Shown here: positions 1 through 8,145 of the stretch, in pieces
Position numbering within the stretch: the first letter of the stretch is position 1
Layout: the number at the start of each line of letters is the position of its first letter
Assembly: GCF_000014785.1 (NCBI RefSeq)
Contig: NC_008340.1
Span: 1,260,001-1,292,000, forward strand
DNA from: Alkalilimnicola ehrlichii MLHE-1
GTDB taxonomy: Bacteria > Pseudomonadota > Gammaproteobacteria > Nitrococcales > Halorhodospiraceae
Direction of reading: 5' to 3'
Length of the DNA stretch: 32,000 nucleotides
Program-made: the position numbers and the translations under genes
The notes under the pieces: model-generated
What the model was told of the DNA's origin: nothing
Database searches by the model: none
The model's input: only the letters and a program-made list of their open reading frames with translations

Positions 1-369
1 GTGGATGATGGCCGGAAGAACCTCAGTTTCTGCTCCACCACAGACCTGTTTGCCTGGGTGATGCAGGCGGAGAATGCTGGCCGTGTTCGCCAGGCGTACG
101 TGCATGACCTGGGGGAGACCGACTGGGAGCAGCCGGACGACACGGCGTTGATCGTGGCCGATAAGGCGCTGTACGTCATGGGGGATCGCAGGATGGGGGC
201 CATGGGGCCGACCCTCATCCCGTACGCCAGCGAACAGAAAGCCGAGCGCCACGCCCAGTCGCTTGAGAAGGGCCAGGTGCTCACCTATGAGGAGATCGAC
301 TGGGATGTCCTCAACGCTGTCACTCAATCAATGCTGGACAGCCCGGAAAGGCCCGAATATAGGCGGTGA
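1..369 (+). CDS. nosL: NosL-family copper chaperone / nitrous-oxide reductase accessory protein, 3' fragment (5' end outside window)
   Basis: The frame is open to the left edge. The translated tail ...KALYVMGDRRMGAMGPTLIPYASEQKAERHAQSLEKGQVLTYEEIDW matches my memory of the conserved NosL C-terminal core (MG-x-x-LIP-F/Y-x-x...A..FA...G-x-V). Stop TGA at 367-369. Confidence 0.55.
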   Translation: MDDGRKNLSFCSTTDLFAWVMQAENAGRVRQAYVHDLGETDWEQPDDTALIVADKALYVMGDRRMGAMGPTLIPYASEQKAERHAQSLEKGQVLTYEEIDWDVLNAVTQSMLDSPERPEYRR

Positions 370-428
370 CCCCAAACCCGCGGTGGGTGATCCCGCGGTT
401 TTTCAGAAACTGGTACGAGGATATTCCG

Positions 429-803
429 ATGAAGAGTTATTCTTTGCCCCTGGTGGTGACTTTGGCACTGCTCGTATGGTCCGTGGCGGGGCTGGCCCAG
501 GATGTTGAGCGATCTGAAGTCTACCCGGTGAACGGGATTTTTGTCTCCTATGATGAGGCGGATCATGAAATTGTGGTGATTCATGAGGAGGTGCCCCAGG
601 TCATGCGGGCCATGCGCATGATGCTCCGCCTGCCGGAAGGCGAGCCGGCCCCGCAATTCACCCACGGTGACAAAATTCGTTTTGGGATGCAGCGGCGTGC
701 CGTTCAGGGCCACCAATGGTTCGCAATGGACCTCGAACCGTTACCGGAAGAGACCGCGCTGGTGCTGCCGGAGAAGGCGCTGGAACGCGAGGGGCTGAAA
801 TAA
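429..803 (+). CDS. secreted CusF-like Cu(I)/Ag(I)-binding protein (124 aa)
   Basis: ATG at 429 is preceded by GAGGA 7 nt upstream. The N-terminus MKSYSLPLVVTLALLVWSVAGLA looks like a Sec signal peptide. The core VVIHEEVPQVMRAMRMMLRL resembles the CusF His...Met-x-Met metal site. The track ORF 366..803 starts at a GTG overlapping the nosL stop and has no RBS, so the internal ATG is preferred. The gene is followed by an intrinsic terminator. Confidence 0.6.
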   Translation: MKSYSLPLVVTLALLVWSVAGLAQDVERSEVYPVNGIFVSYDEADHEIVVIHEEVPQVMRAMRMMLRLPEGEPAPQFTHGDKIRFGMQRRAVQGHQWFAMDLEPLPEETALVLPEKALEREGLK

Positions 804-861
804 AAAACAAGAAAGTTCCTGAGGGGCCGGCGTTGGGCTGAGCCTCTGACTTCCTCCGTGT

Positions 862-896
862 ACCCCGGGTCGGCTTGTCCATCCGGGGTTTTTTCT
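862..896 (+). terminator. rho-independent terminator after the CusF-like gene
   Basis: Stem ACCCCGG (862-868) pairs with CCGGGGT (883-889), with a 14-nt loop, followed by a T-run (TTTTT, 890-894). Confidence 0.7.
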
Positions 897-920
897 GTCT
901 GCCGGCTGGTGCGTCCCGGG

Positions 921-2930
921 CTAGCCGCCGGCCCCGTCGCCTCTATCCGGGCCCCGGGGCAGGCGCTCGCGGGGCAGGTGGCAAAGCACCCGGTGTCCCG
1001 GCGCCGGCCCGTGGTCCGGCGGCGGCGAGTGCGCGCAAATCGGCAGTACGTAGGGGCAACGGGTGTGGAAGGGGCACCCCTCGGGACGCCCCGCCGGGCC
1101 CGGGTTGTGGCCCGGCAGGCGGACCGGCGGGCGCCAGGCCCGGCCCGGATCCGGCGTGGCGGCCAGCAGGGCCGCGGTGTAGGGGTGGCCGGGGCCTGCA
1201 AAGACCGCCTCCACCGGGCCCTCCTCGACCACCTCGCCCAGGTACATCACCGCCACCCGGTCGGCCAGATAGCGCACCACCGCCAGGTCGTGGGAGATGA
1301 ACAGGTAGGCCGCGCCGGTCTCCGCCTGCAGGCGCAAGAGCAGTTCTAGGATGGCGGCCTGAACCGAAACGTCCAGGGCCGAGGTGGGCTCGTCCAGCAC
1401 CACCAGCTCCGGGGCACCGGCAAAGGCCCGGGCGATGGCGGCCCGTTGCCGCTGGCCGCCGGAGAGCTGCCCCGGGCGCCTTGCGCCCAACTCGCCGCTC
1501 AGTGCCACGCTGCCGAGCAGGGCAAGGGCCCGCTCGCGGGCCTGTTTTCGGCGCAGTCCACCCAGGGTGCGCGCCGCGCGCTGGAGCATGCTGGCGAGCC
1601 GGTGGCTGGGGTTGAGGGTGTCGTCCGGTGACTGGAACACCATCTGCAGACGGCGTAGGGTTCGTCCGCTGCGGCGGCGGAGGCGGCCGGCCAGGGGCTT
1701 GCCCTGAAGCTCCAAGGTACCTGCCGTGGCGGGCTTGAGCCCGGTGACGGCCCGGGCCAGGGTGGTCTTGCCGCTGCCGGACTCACCGACTAGCGCCAGG
1801 GTCTGCCCGCCGCCCAGGGTTAGTGAGACCTCCCGCAGCACCCGGACCCGGCCGTAATCGACGTTGAGGCCCTCGATCTTTAGGGCCGGGGGCCGGCCGT
1901 CGTCGGGCGTGGCGTCGGGCCGGGGCGCGGCGCGACTCGGGCGGACCGCCTGACCGGCGAGGTCCGGGAGCAGGCACCGGCTCTGCTGACTGGGCGCCAC
2001 CGTGGCCAGCGGCACCGGGGCCGCTGTGCACTGGGGGGTGGCGATGGGACAGCGGGGCGCGAATACGCAGCCACCGGGCAGCGCGGACAGCTCCGGCGGG
2101 GTGCCGGGAATGGTGGCCAGCCCGCCGCGCCGCTTATCGCTGTCCAGGTTGGGGATGCACCGGCGCAGGGCCGCGGTATAGGGGTGCATGGGCTGCTCCA
2201 GCAGCGCTTGCGCCGGTCCCCGTTCCACCACCTCGCCGGCATACATGACCGCCAACTCGTCGCAGACCTGCCGCAGTACCGCCAGGTCGTGGCTGATGAA
2301 GAGCATGGCGGCACTGACCGTCCGGCGCAGCTCCGCGAACAGGGCGAGGATCTCCGCCTGCACGGTGGCGTCCAGGGCGGTGGTGGGTTCGTCCAGGATC
2401 AGAACCGCCGGGTCGGGCGCCAGGGCCATGGCGATCACCACCCGCTGCTGCATGCCACCGGAGAGTTCGTGCGGGTAGCGGTGTAGCAAGGCCTGCGGGG
2501 CCGGGATCTGCACCTTGCGCAGCATCTCGACCGTGGCATTACGGGCCGCGGCCCGGCCCATGCCGAAGTGCAGCCGGCAGACCTCGGCGATCTGTTCGCC
2601 CACCGGAATGGCGGGATTCAGGGCCGCCGCCGGCTGCTGGTAGACCGCGGCCACTTGGCGGCCACGCAGCCGCCGCAGCGCTTCAGGGGAGAGCCGCGCC
2701 AGGCTCTGGCCGGCGATACGGACCTCGCCCTGCTCGATGCGGGCGTTGCCCGGCAGGTAGCCGAGCGCGGCCATGGCCAGGGTGGACTTGCCGCAGCCGG
2801 ACTCGCCGGCAATCCCCAGCGTCCGCCCGGGGGCGAGGCTCAACGAGACGTTGCGCACGGCGGGCAGGCGCTGGCCCCGGCGGCGGTAACTCAGGGTAAG
2901 GGCGTCGATCTCCAGCGCCGGTGTGCGCAT
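921..2930 (-). CDS. fused double ABC ATPase of a peptide/nickel-type importer (DppD-DppF / GsiA-like, 669 aa)
   Basis: There are two complete ATPase cassettes. Walker A motifs are GESGCGKST and GESGSGKTT, signatures LSGGMQQR and LSGGQRQR, Walker B motifs LILDEPTTALD and VVLDEPTSALD. Each half ends in a Cys-rich oligopeptide-transporter C-terminal segment (GGCVFAPRCP..., GCPFHTRCP...). ATG at 2930 forms an ATGA overlap with the upstream permease stop. The longer track ORF (to 3020) adds an Arg-rich non-homologous extension. Confidence 0.9.
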   Translation of the reverse strand: MRTPALEIDALTLSYRRRGQRLPAVRNVSLSLAPGRTLGIAGESGCGKSTLAMAALGYLPGNARIEQGEVRIAGQSLARLSPEALRRLRGRQVAAVYQQPAAALNPAIPVGEQIAEVCRLHFGMGRAAARNATVEMLRKVQIPAPQALLHRYPHELSGGMQQRVVIAMALAPDPAVLILDEPTTALDATVQAEILALFAELRRTVSAAMLFISHDLAVLRQVCDELAVMYAGEVVERGPAQALLEQPMHPYTAALRRCIPNLDSDKRRGGLATIPGTPPELSALPGGCVFAPRCPIATPQCTAAPVPLATVAPSQQSRCLLPDLAGQAVRPSRAAPRPDATPDDGRPPALKIEGLNVDYGRVRVLREVSLTLGGGQTLALVGESGSGKTTLARAVTGLKPATAGTLELQGKPLAGRLRRRSGRTLRRLQMVFQSPDDTLNPSHRLASMLQRAARTLGGLRRKQARERALALLGSVALSGELGARRPGQLSGGQRQRAAIARAFAGAPELVVLDEPTSALDVSVQAAILELLLRLQAETGAAYLFISHDLAVVRYLADRVAVMYLGEVVEEGPVEAVFAGPGHPYTAALLAATPDPGRAWRPPVRLPGHNPGPAGRPEGCPFHTRCPYVLPICAHSPPPDHGPAPGHRVLCHLPRERLPRGPDRGDGAGG

Positions 2931-3727
2931 CAGCCCTCCCGCTCCTGGAGTCCGTCGGCCATGAGCGAGAAGCCGACCACCACGAAGCCGATGGCGGCGG
3001 CGGGGAACAGCACCGTCCACGGGGCCTCGGTAAGTAGGGCGCGGTTCTCGCTGATCATCACCCCCCAGTCCGGGGCCGGGGGCTGCACCCCCATCCCCAG
3101 AAAGCCGAGGGTGGCGGAGGTGAACACCGCATAACCCACCCGGATAACCGCTTCCACCATCAGTGGGCCGCGGATGTTGGGCAACACCTCGCCGATCAGG
3201 ATGTAGAGCCCCGACTCGCCCCGCAGCCGCGCCGCCTGCACGTACTCCCGCTCCACCTCCACCAGGGCGGCGGCCCGCGCCGTGCGGGCGATCAACGGCG
3301 CGAACACCAGGCCGATCACCACGATGACATTGACGGTGGAGGGCCCCAGGGCGGCCAGTGCCAGCAGCGCCAGTACGATGAGGGGAAAGGCCATGATGGC
3401 GTCCATCAACCGCATCAGGCCCTCGTCCCGCCAGCCGCCCAGGTAGGCCGCCAGCAACCCGATGGCGGTGCCCAGCGCCAGGCCCAGGACGGTGGCCGCC
3501 GGGGCGATGGCCAACACGTGCAGTCCGCCGTGCAGCACGCGGCTGAACATGTCGCGGCCGTAGTTATCGGTGCCGAACCAGTACTGGGCCGAGGGCGGCT
3601 GCTCCATGGCGTCAAAGGCGATGTCCAGCGGGTCGGCCGGGGCCAGCCAGGGGGCGAACAGGGCGCTGAACACCCAGGCGCTGACCATGGCCAGGCCCAC
3701 CCAGAAGGTCGCCGGCAGACGGCCCAT
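2930..3727 (-). CDS. ABC importer permease, DppC/OppC-like
   Basis: Multi-pass membrane protein. The N-terminus MGRLPATFWVGLAMVSAWVFSALFAPWLAPADP...YWFGTDNYGRDMFSRVLHG is typical of DppC-type permeases. ATG at 3727 lies 1 nt after the stop of the preceding permease; an alternative ATG at 3775 would overlap it by 47 nt. Confidence 0.85.
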   Translation of the reverse strand: MGRLPATFWVGLAMVSAWVFSALFAPWLAPADPLDIAFDAMEQPPSAQYWFGTDNYGRDMFSRVLHGGLHVLAIAPAATVLGLALGTAIGLLAAYLGGWRDEGLMRLMDAIMAFPLIVLALLALAALGPSTVNVIVVIGLVFAPLIARTARAAALVEVEREYVQAARLRGESGLYILIGEVLPNIRGPLMVEAVIRVGYAVFTSATLGFLGMGVQPPAPDWGVMISENRALLTEAPWTVLFPAAAIGFVVVGFSLMADGLQEREG

Positions 3728-3728
3728 T

Positions 3729-4685
3729 TCAGCGCCCCCCCATGCCGCGGCGGACCTTGGGGTTGAGCGCGGCATAGACCAGATCGGCGAGCATGTTGGC
3801 CAGCGCGTAGACCAGGGTGATGAGCAGGGCGCAGCCGGCCAGCAGGGGGATGTCCTTGTCCAGGGCCGCGCCGTGGATCAGGCCGCCGATGCCGGGATAG
3901 CGGAACAGCGACTCCACCACCACCAGGCCACCCACCAGCCAGCCCACCTGGGCGCCGATGACCGTGACCGTGGGCAGCAGGGCGTTGCGCAACACGTGCC
4001 GGCGGATGACCACCCCGGGCGGGAGGCCCTTGAGGACGGCGGTGCGCGTGTAGTCCGCCCGCAACTCGGTGATCATGCCGTCCCGCGCCATGCGGAACAG
4101 ATAGGCGAAGAGCAACAGCGCCAGCGACAGGGCCGGCATGAGCAGGTGGCGCAGGGTCTCCGGCAGTCCGCTGCCCTCCGGCGGCAGGGCCTGGACCGGC
4201 AGCCAGCCCAGCATCACCCCGAAGACCATGATCAGCAGCACCCCGGTGACGAACTCGGGCATGGCGCTGAGCACCAGGGCGGTGATCGAACCGGTGCGGT
4301 CCAGCCAGCCGCCGGCACGGCGGCCGGCGACCACCGCCGCCGCCAGGGCCGTGGGGATGAGCAGCGCCAGGGCGAGGCCGGCGAGCAGCAGCGAGCGGCC
4401 CAGCCGCTCCAGCGCCAGCGGCAGCACCGGGGCCTCCAGGGTGTAGGAGTGCCCCCAGTCGCCGCGCAGCACGCCGCCGACCCAGTCCAGGTAGCGCTGC
4501 ACCACCGGTTGGTCCAGGCCCAGCTCGCGGTTCACCTGGGCCACCGCCGCCTCGTCGGCAAAGGGGCCGAGCATGATCCGGCCCACGTCGCCCGGCAGCA
4601 CAGTGGTCAGGGCGAACACCAGCAGCGAGGCCACCACCAGGGTGAGCCCGAGCATCAACAGGCGCCGAAGCGTATAACGCAGCAC
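3729..4685 (-). CDS. ABC importer permease, DppB/OppB-like
   Basis: GTG start. The N-terminus MLRYTLRRLLMLGLTLVVASLLVFALTTVLPGD is the classic DppB-family opening. The protein has several hydrophobic spans and sits 20 nt downstream of the binding-protein gene. Confidence 0.9.
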   Translation of the reverse strand: MLRYTLRRLLMLGLTLVVASLLVFALTTVLPGDVGRIMLGPFADEAAVAQVNRELGLDQPVVQRYLDWVGGVLRGDWGHSYTLEAPVLPLALERLGRSLLLAGLALALLIPTALAAAVVAGRRAGGWLDRTGSITALVLSAMPEFVTGVLLIMVFGVMLGWLPVQALPPEGSGLPETLRHLLMPALSLALLLFAYLFRMARDGMITELRADYTRTAVLKGLPPGVVIRRHVLRNALLPTVTVIGAQVGWLVGGLVVVESLFRYPGIGGLIHGAALDKDIPLLAGCALLITLVYALANMLADLVYAALNPKVRRGMGGR

Positions 4686-4705
4686 GCTGGAAGGTGCCTC
4701 GCCGC

Positions 4706-6277
4706 CTAGGCCAGCCAGGCCCGGGTCAGGTCCAGGTAGTTGGCATTGTCCGCGCGGAGACCCTGCACCCGCCGACGCACCGGGCGCAGGGCCTGGGTGA
4801 AGTAAGTGATGGCCGCCGGCACCTCCTCGTGCAGCTTCCCGGCCAGGGTGGCCGTGAGCTGCCGGCGGCGCGCCGGATCGGTGGCCGCCTCCAGCTCGCT
4901 AAGGGCGGCGTCGAACTCATCATCGCGCCAATGGGGGGCGTTCCAGTCGGCGCCCCCCCGGAAGGCCGCCGCCAGGATCTGCTCCGGAACCGCCCGGCCC
5001 ACCCAGTCGGTGAGGCCGAAGTTCACCTTGGTCCAGTGTTCGTAGTAGGTGTTCAGTGGTTCCACCCGCAGGTTCACGCGGATCCCGATCGGGTTCAGCA
5101 TGCGTTCGACCAGGACGCCGTACTGCGGCAGTTCGGCCAGGCGACCGATGTGGAGGTCGATCTGGAAGCCATTGGGCACGCCGGCCTCGGCCAGCAGCGC
5201 CTGCGCCCGTTCCAGGTCGGGCTCGCGCCGGGCCAGGTCGATATCGGCCGCGTCCGGGTAGAGGGGCGCCACCGGGTGGTCGTTGCCCGGTTCGCCGTAG
5301 CCGCCAATGAGGTTGTTCACCATGGACTCCCGGCCCAGGGCCAGGGCCACGGCGCGGCGGAGGCGGACGTCCTCGAAAGGGGGCTGGTCGCAGCGCATGG
5401 CCAGTTGGCGGTGCTGGGTGCTGCGGGCGCTGAGCAGGTTGATCTCCTCGTTGTCCAGCAGCGGGCGGGCGTTCATATAGCTGGCGAACAGCATCATGTC
5501 GGCGGCGTTGCCGCGCAGGGCCAGCACCTGGGGCTGATCACCGTCGTACATCGCCATGCGCACCCGGTCCAGGTAGGGCCGTGGCGCGTCCCAATAGTCG
5601 GGGTTGCGCTCCAGCACGGCCTCTTCGCGGGCCTGGTAGTGGGTCAGTAGGAAGGGCCCGGTGCCGACGGGGTTACTGGCGAGATCGCCGTCGTGGTCGC
5701 GGGGAAGGATCACGGCGTTGTAGATCTGGGTGTAGTAGGGGAACGCGCCGATGGGCCGCGATAACTCGAAGCGGACGGTGTGCCGGTCGTCGGCGCTGAT
5801 GCCCTCGGGCGGCAGAAAGTCCAACTGTGAGCGGGCCACACTGGCGACGTCCGGATCCACCAGGCGCCGGAAGCTGGCCACCACGTCGTCGGCCTCCAGC
5901 GGCCGGCCGTCGTTGAACTTCACCCCCTCGCGCAGGCGGAACACCCAGGTCCGCCCCTCGTCGGGCGTCTCCCAGTCCGTGGCCAGGGCCGGCTGCAGGT
6001 TCAGGTGCTCGTCCACGCGCACCAGGTATTCGGCCACCTGCTGCACCACGGCGATGGCACCGCCGGCGCTCATGCGCAGCGGATTGATGGTGGCGGCCTG
6101 GGGCAGGGCCACTCGCAGGGTCCCCCCGTGGCGGGGTTCGCCGGCCAGGGCGCCGGGTGCGGTCAGCCAGGGGAGCCCGCCGAGCCCGGCAGCGGCCCCG
6201 CCGATGCCCAGCGTCTGGAGCAATCGCCGGCGGCGCAGGTCGATGGTGGATAACGCAGTGGCCGGTTTGCGTCGCAT
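4706..6277 (-). CDS. ABC substrate-binding protein, family 5 (peptide/nickel/opine type), twin-arginine signal
   Basis: Family-5 SBP-like sequence (…GTLRVALPQAATINPL…, …DWETPDEGRTWVFRLREGVKFNDG…). The N-terminus MRRKPATALSTIDLRRRRLLQTLGIGGAAAGLG is a Tat-type signal. ATG at 6277 is preceded by GGGGGAGAG; the track start at 6304 has no RBS. Confidence 0.85.
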   Translation of the reverse strand: MRRKPATALSTIDLRRRRLLQTLGIGGAAAGLGGLPWLTAPGALAGEPRHGGTLRVALPQAATINPLRMSAGGAIAVVQQVAEYLVRVDEHLNLQPALATDWETPDEGRTWVFRLREGVKFNDGRPLEADDVVASFRRLVDPDVASVARSQLDFLPPEGISADDRHTVRFELSRPIGAFPYYTQIYNAVILPRDHDGDLASNPVGTGPFLLTHYQAREEAVLERNPDYWDAPRPYLDRVRMAMYDGDQPQVLALRGNAADMMLFASYMNARPLLDNEEINLLSARSTQHRQLAMRCDQPPFEDVRLRRAVALALGRESMVNNLIGGYGEPGNDHPVAPLYPDAADIDLARREPDLERAQALLAEAGVPNGFQIDLHIGRLAELPQYGVLVERMLNPIGIRVNLRVEPLNTYYEHWTKVNFGLTDWVGRAVPEQILAAAFRGGADWNAPHWRDDEFDAALSELEAATDPARRRQLTATLAGKLHEEVPAAITYFTQALRPVRRRVQGLRADNANYLDLTRAWLA

Positions 6278-6450
6278 AACTCTCTCCCCCTTGCCGGAAA
6301 ACATCGGCCGGTTGGCGTCAGGACCACACGGCTACCCAGAAAGATGAACCGCCCCGGGCCGATAAGCAATGCAGAGCAGCCGGATCAGGCCTTGATGGGG
6401 TCCAATAGACGGGGGCACGGCCGCCGGGGTTGGGCCCGGGTTGGGAAGCA

Positions 6451-6481
6451 AAAAGGCCCCGGTGACGCGCACCGGGGCCTT
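6451..6481 (-). terminator. rho-independent terminator downstream of the aminotransferase gene
   Basis: Stem AGGCCCCGGTG (6455-6465) pairs with CACCGGGGCCT (6471-6481). On the minus strand the hairpin is followed by TTTTT (A-run 6451-6455 on plus). It lies about 70 nt beyond the stop at 6553. Confidence 0.65.
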
Positions 6482-6552
6482 TCGCTGAACCGCACCGGCC
6501 GAAAGCCGGCACTGCGCCCTGGCCATGGGCGCTTGTCGGAAGCCCGACCGCC

Positions 6553-7731
6553 TCAGCCCAGCGCCTTGGCGATCCGCTCCATGGCCTTCTCCAGGTTCTC
6601 CATGCTGGTGGCGAAGGAGATCCGGGCATAGCCCTCGAGACCGAAAGCGGAGCCGGGCACCAGGGCCACACCCTGCTCCAGCAGGAACCCGGCCAGTTCC
6701 ACGTCATTGCCGACGCCGTCCAGCTTGTCGATGGCACCCTGCATATTGGGGAAGCAGTAGAAGGTGCCCTCGCAGGGGCGGCACTCGACGCCGTCGATCT
6801 TGTTCAGGGCGTCCACCACGAAGTCGTGGCGCTTCTTAAATTGCTCCAGCATGGGCGGGATGCAGCCCTGATCACCGTCCAGCGCCGCCACCGACGCGGC
6901 CTGGGAGACCGAGGCCGGGTTGGAGGTCGATTGGGACTGGATCTTCTTCATGGCGCCGATCAGCGCCTCGGGGCCCGCGGCATAACCGACCCGCCAGCCG
7001 GTCATGGCGTAGGCCTTGGACACCCCGTTGACCACCACGGTGCGGTCCTTCAGCTCCGGGCAGGCGTTGACGATGTTGACGAACTCACCCTCGAACAGGA
7101 TGTGCTCGTAGATATCGTCGGTGACCACCACGATCTGCGGATGCTTCTTCAACACCTCGCCCAGCGCGGCCAGCTCGGCCTTGCTGTAGGCGGAACCGGT
7201 GGGATTGGACGGACTGTTGATCACGAACAGCCGGGTGCGGTCAGTGATCGCGCCCTCCAGCTGCTCGGGGGTGATCTTGAACCCCTGCTCCTGACCGGCC
7301 TCGATGATCACCGGCTCGGCGTCGGCCAGCTTGGCCATGTCCGGGTAGGACACCCAGTAGGGCGCCGGGATGATCACCTCGTCGCCCTCGTTGAGCAGGG
7401 CGCACATCAGGTTGTACAGCGAGTGCTTGGCGCCGGAGGAGACCAGCACCTGCTTGCCATCGTAGTCCAGGCCGTTCTCGCGCTTGAACTTATTGATCAC
7501 GGCCTTCTTCAGCGCCGGAGTGCCGTCGACGGGGGTGTAGCGGGTCTCACCCTCGTTGATCGCCGTTATGGCTGCGTCTCTGATATGCTCAGGCGTGTCG
7601 AAATCAGGCTCGCCGGCCCCCAGGCCGATGATGTCCTTGCCCGCGGCGCGCAGTTCCGCCGCCTTGGCGGTCACCGCCAGAGTGGGAGAGGGCTTCACAC
7701 GTTGAACCCGATTCGCCAGTTTGATATCCAA
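6553..7731 (-). CDS. PLP-dependent aspartate (aspartate/prephenate-type) aminotransferase, class I
   Basis: MDIKLANRVQRVKPSPTLAVTAKAAELRAAGKDIIGLGAGEPDFDTPEHI... plus the PLP-lysine motif SKAYAMTGWRVGY. TTG start with GGAGG 5 nt upstream. It is divergent from uvrB, a synteny I recall from Pseudomonas. Confidence 0.9.
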   Translation of the reverse strand: MDIKLANRVQRVKPSPTLAVTAKAAELRAAGKDIIGLGAGEPDFDTPEHIRDAAITAINEGETRYTPVDGTPALKKAVINKFKRENGLDYDGKQVLVSSGAKHSLYNLMCALLNEGDEVIIPAPYWVSYPDMAKLADAEPVIIEAGQEQGFKITPEQLEGAITDRTRLFVINSPSNPTGSAYSKAELAALGEVLKKHPQIVVVTDDIYEHILFEGEFVNIVNACPELKDRTVVVNGVSKAYAMTGWRVGYAAGPEALIGAMKKIQSQSTSNPASVSQAASVAALDGDQGCIPPMLEQFKKRHDFVVDALNKIDGVECRPCEGTFYCFPNMQGAIDKLDGVGNDVELAGFLLEQGVALVPGSAFGLEGYARISFATSMENLEKAMERIAKALG

Positions 7732-7899
7732 AGTTGCCTCCGTTTCTCGCTGAGTCTTAGCCGCGTAATTCTAACCGCTCGCGCCCGATCGTGCACATCG
7801 ATGGCGGGGTAACCGTCAATGCGGGAGGTTTGTCGCCTGAACAACGAGGCTCATCGGGGGTCAGAGCCCGAACAGGAGAACACGGTAGAATCTGTCGTA

Positions 7900-8104
7900 G
7901 CGACTTGGGGTGTCGGGCGGGGGTGGTGTCCTTCAGGGCGACTTTGCGCACCGAGCAACGCAGCAAAAAGTCGGAGAAAAGGCGCGCCTGTCCGAGCGAA
8001 GCGAGTTCGCGCCGCCGACTTTTTGTGAGTAGCGCAGGGAACCCCGAAGGGGTGCGCAAGTGGAGCCCTGAAGGACATCACCCCCGCCCGACACCCCAAG
8101 TCGC
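7900..8104. repeat. 205-bp nested imperfect palindrome (MITE/REP-like hairpin element) in the aminotransferase-uvrB intergenic region
   Basis: The 40-nt terminal arms 7900-7939 (GCGACTTGGGGTGTCGGGCGGGGGTGGTGTCCTTCAGGGC) and 8065-8104 are reverse complements with one mismatch. Inner inverted pairs are ACTTTGCGCACC/GGTGCGCAAGT, CAAAAAGTCGG/CCGACTTTTTG and GGCGCG/CGCGCC. Both strands yield ORFs containing the same peptide GHHPRPTPQVA, a signature of the symmetry. Confidence 0.8.
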
Positions 8105-8145
8105 CCTGAACGAAGCCCCAGGCCACACAGGCAGTGCTGACGATT

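Noticed and set aside
366-428. GTG 366 as the start of the CusF-like gene, overlapping the nosL stop
   Set aside because: The first 21 residues (MTPNPRWVIPRFFRNWYEDIP) precede an obvious signal peptide, and no RBS is present. ATG 429 has a GAGGA RBS and yields a standard secreted protein.
3570-4709. 379-aa plus-strand ORF over the permease genes. The same applies to 4694..5650, 6826..7812, 16129..17220, 17361..18380, 26021..27163, 26845..27774, 27971..29110 and 29929..30795.
   Set aside because: All are antisense to genes with strong family signatures and have Arg/Gly/His/Gln/Pro-rich low-complexity products. They lack convincing RBS sequences. They are treated as GC-driven spurious ORFs, not overlapping genes.
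7757-8059. Short ORFs on both strands inside the palindromic element (7757..8059 minus; 7819..8028 plus; N-terminal part of 7791..8936 plus)
   Set aside because: They exist only because the element is a palindrome, and the same peptide appears from both strands. They lack an RBS and overlap each other, so they are not credible genes.
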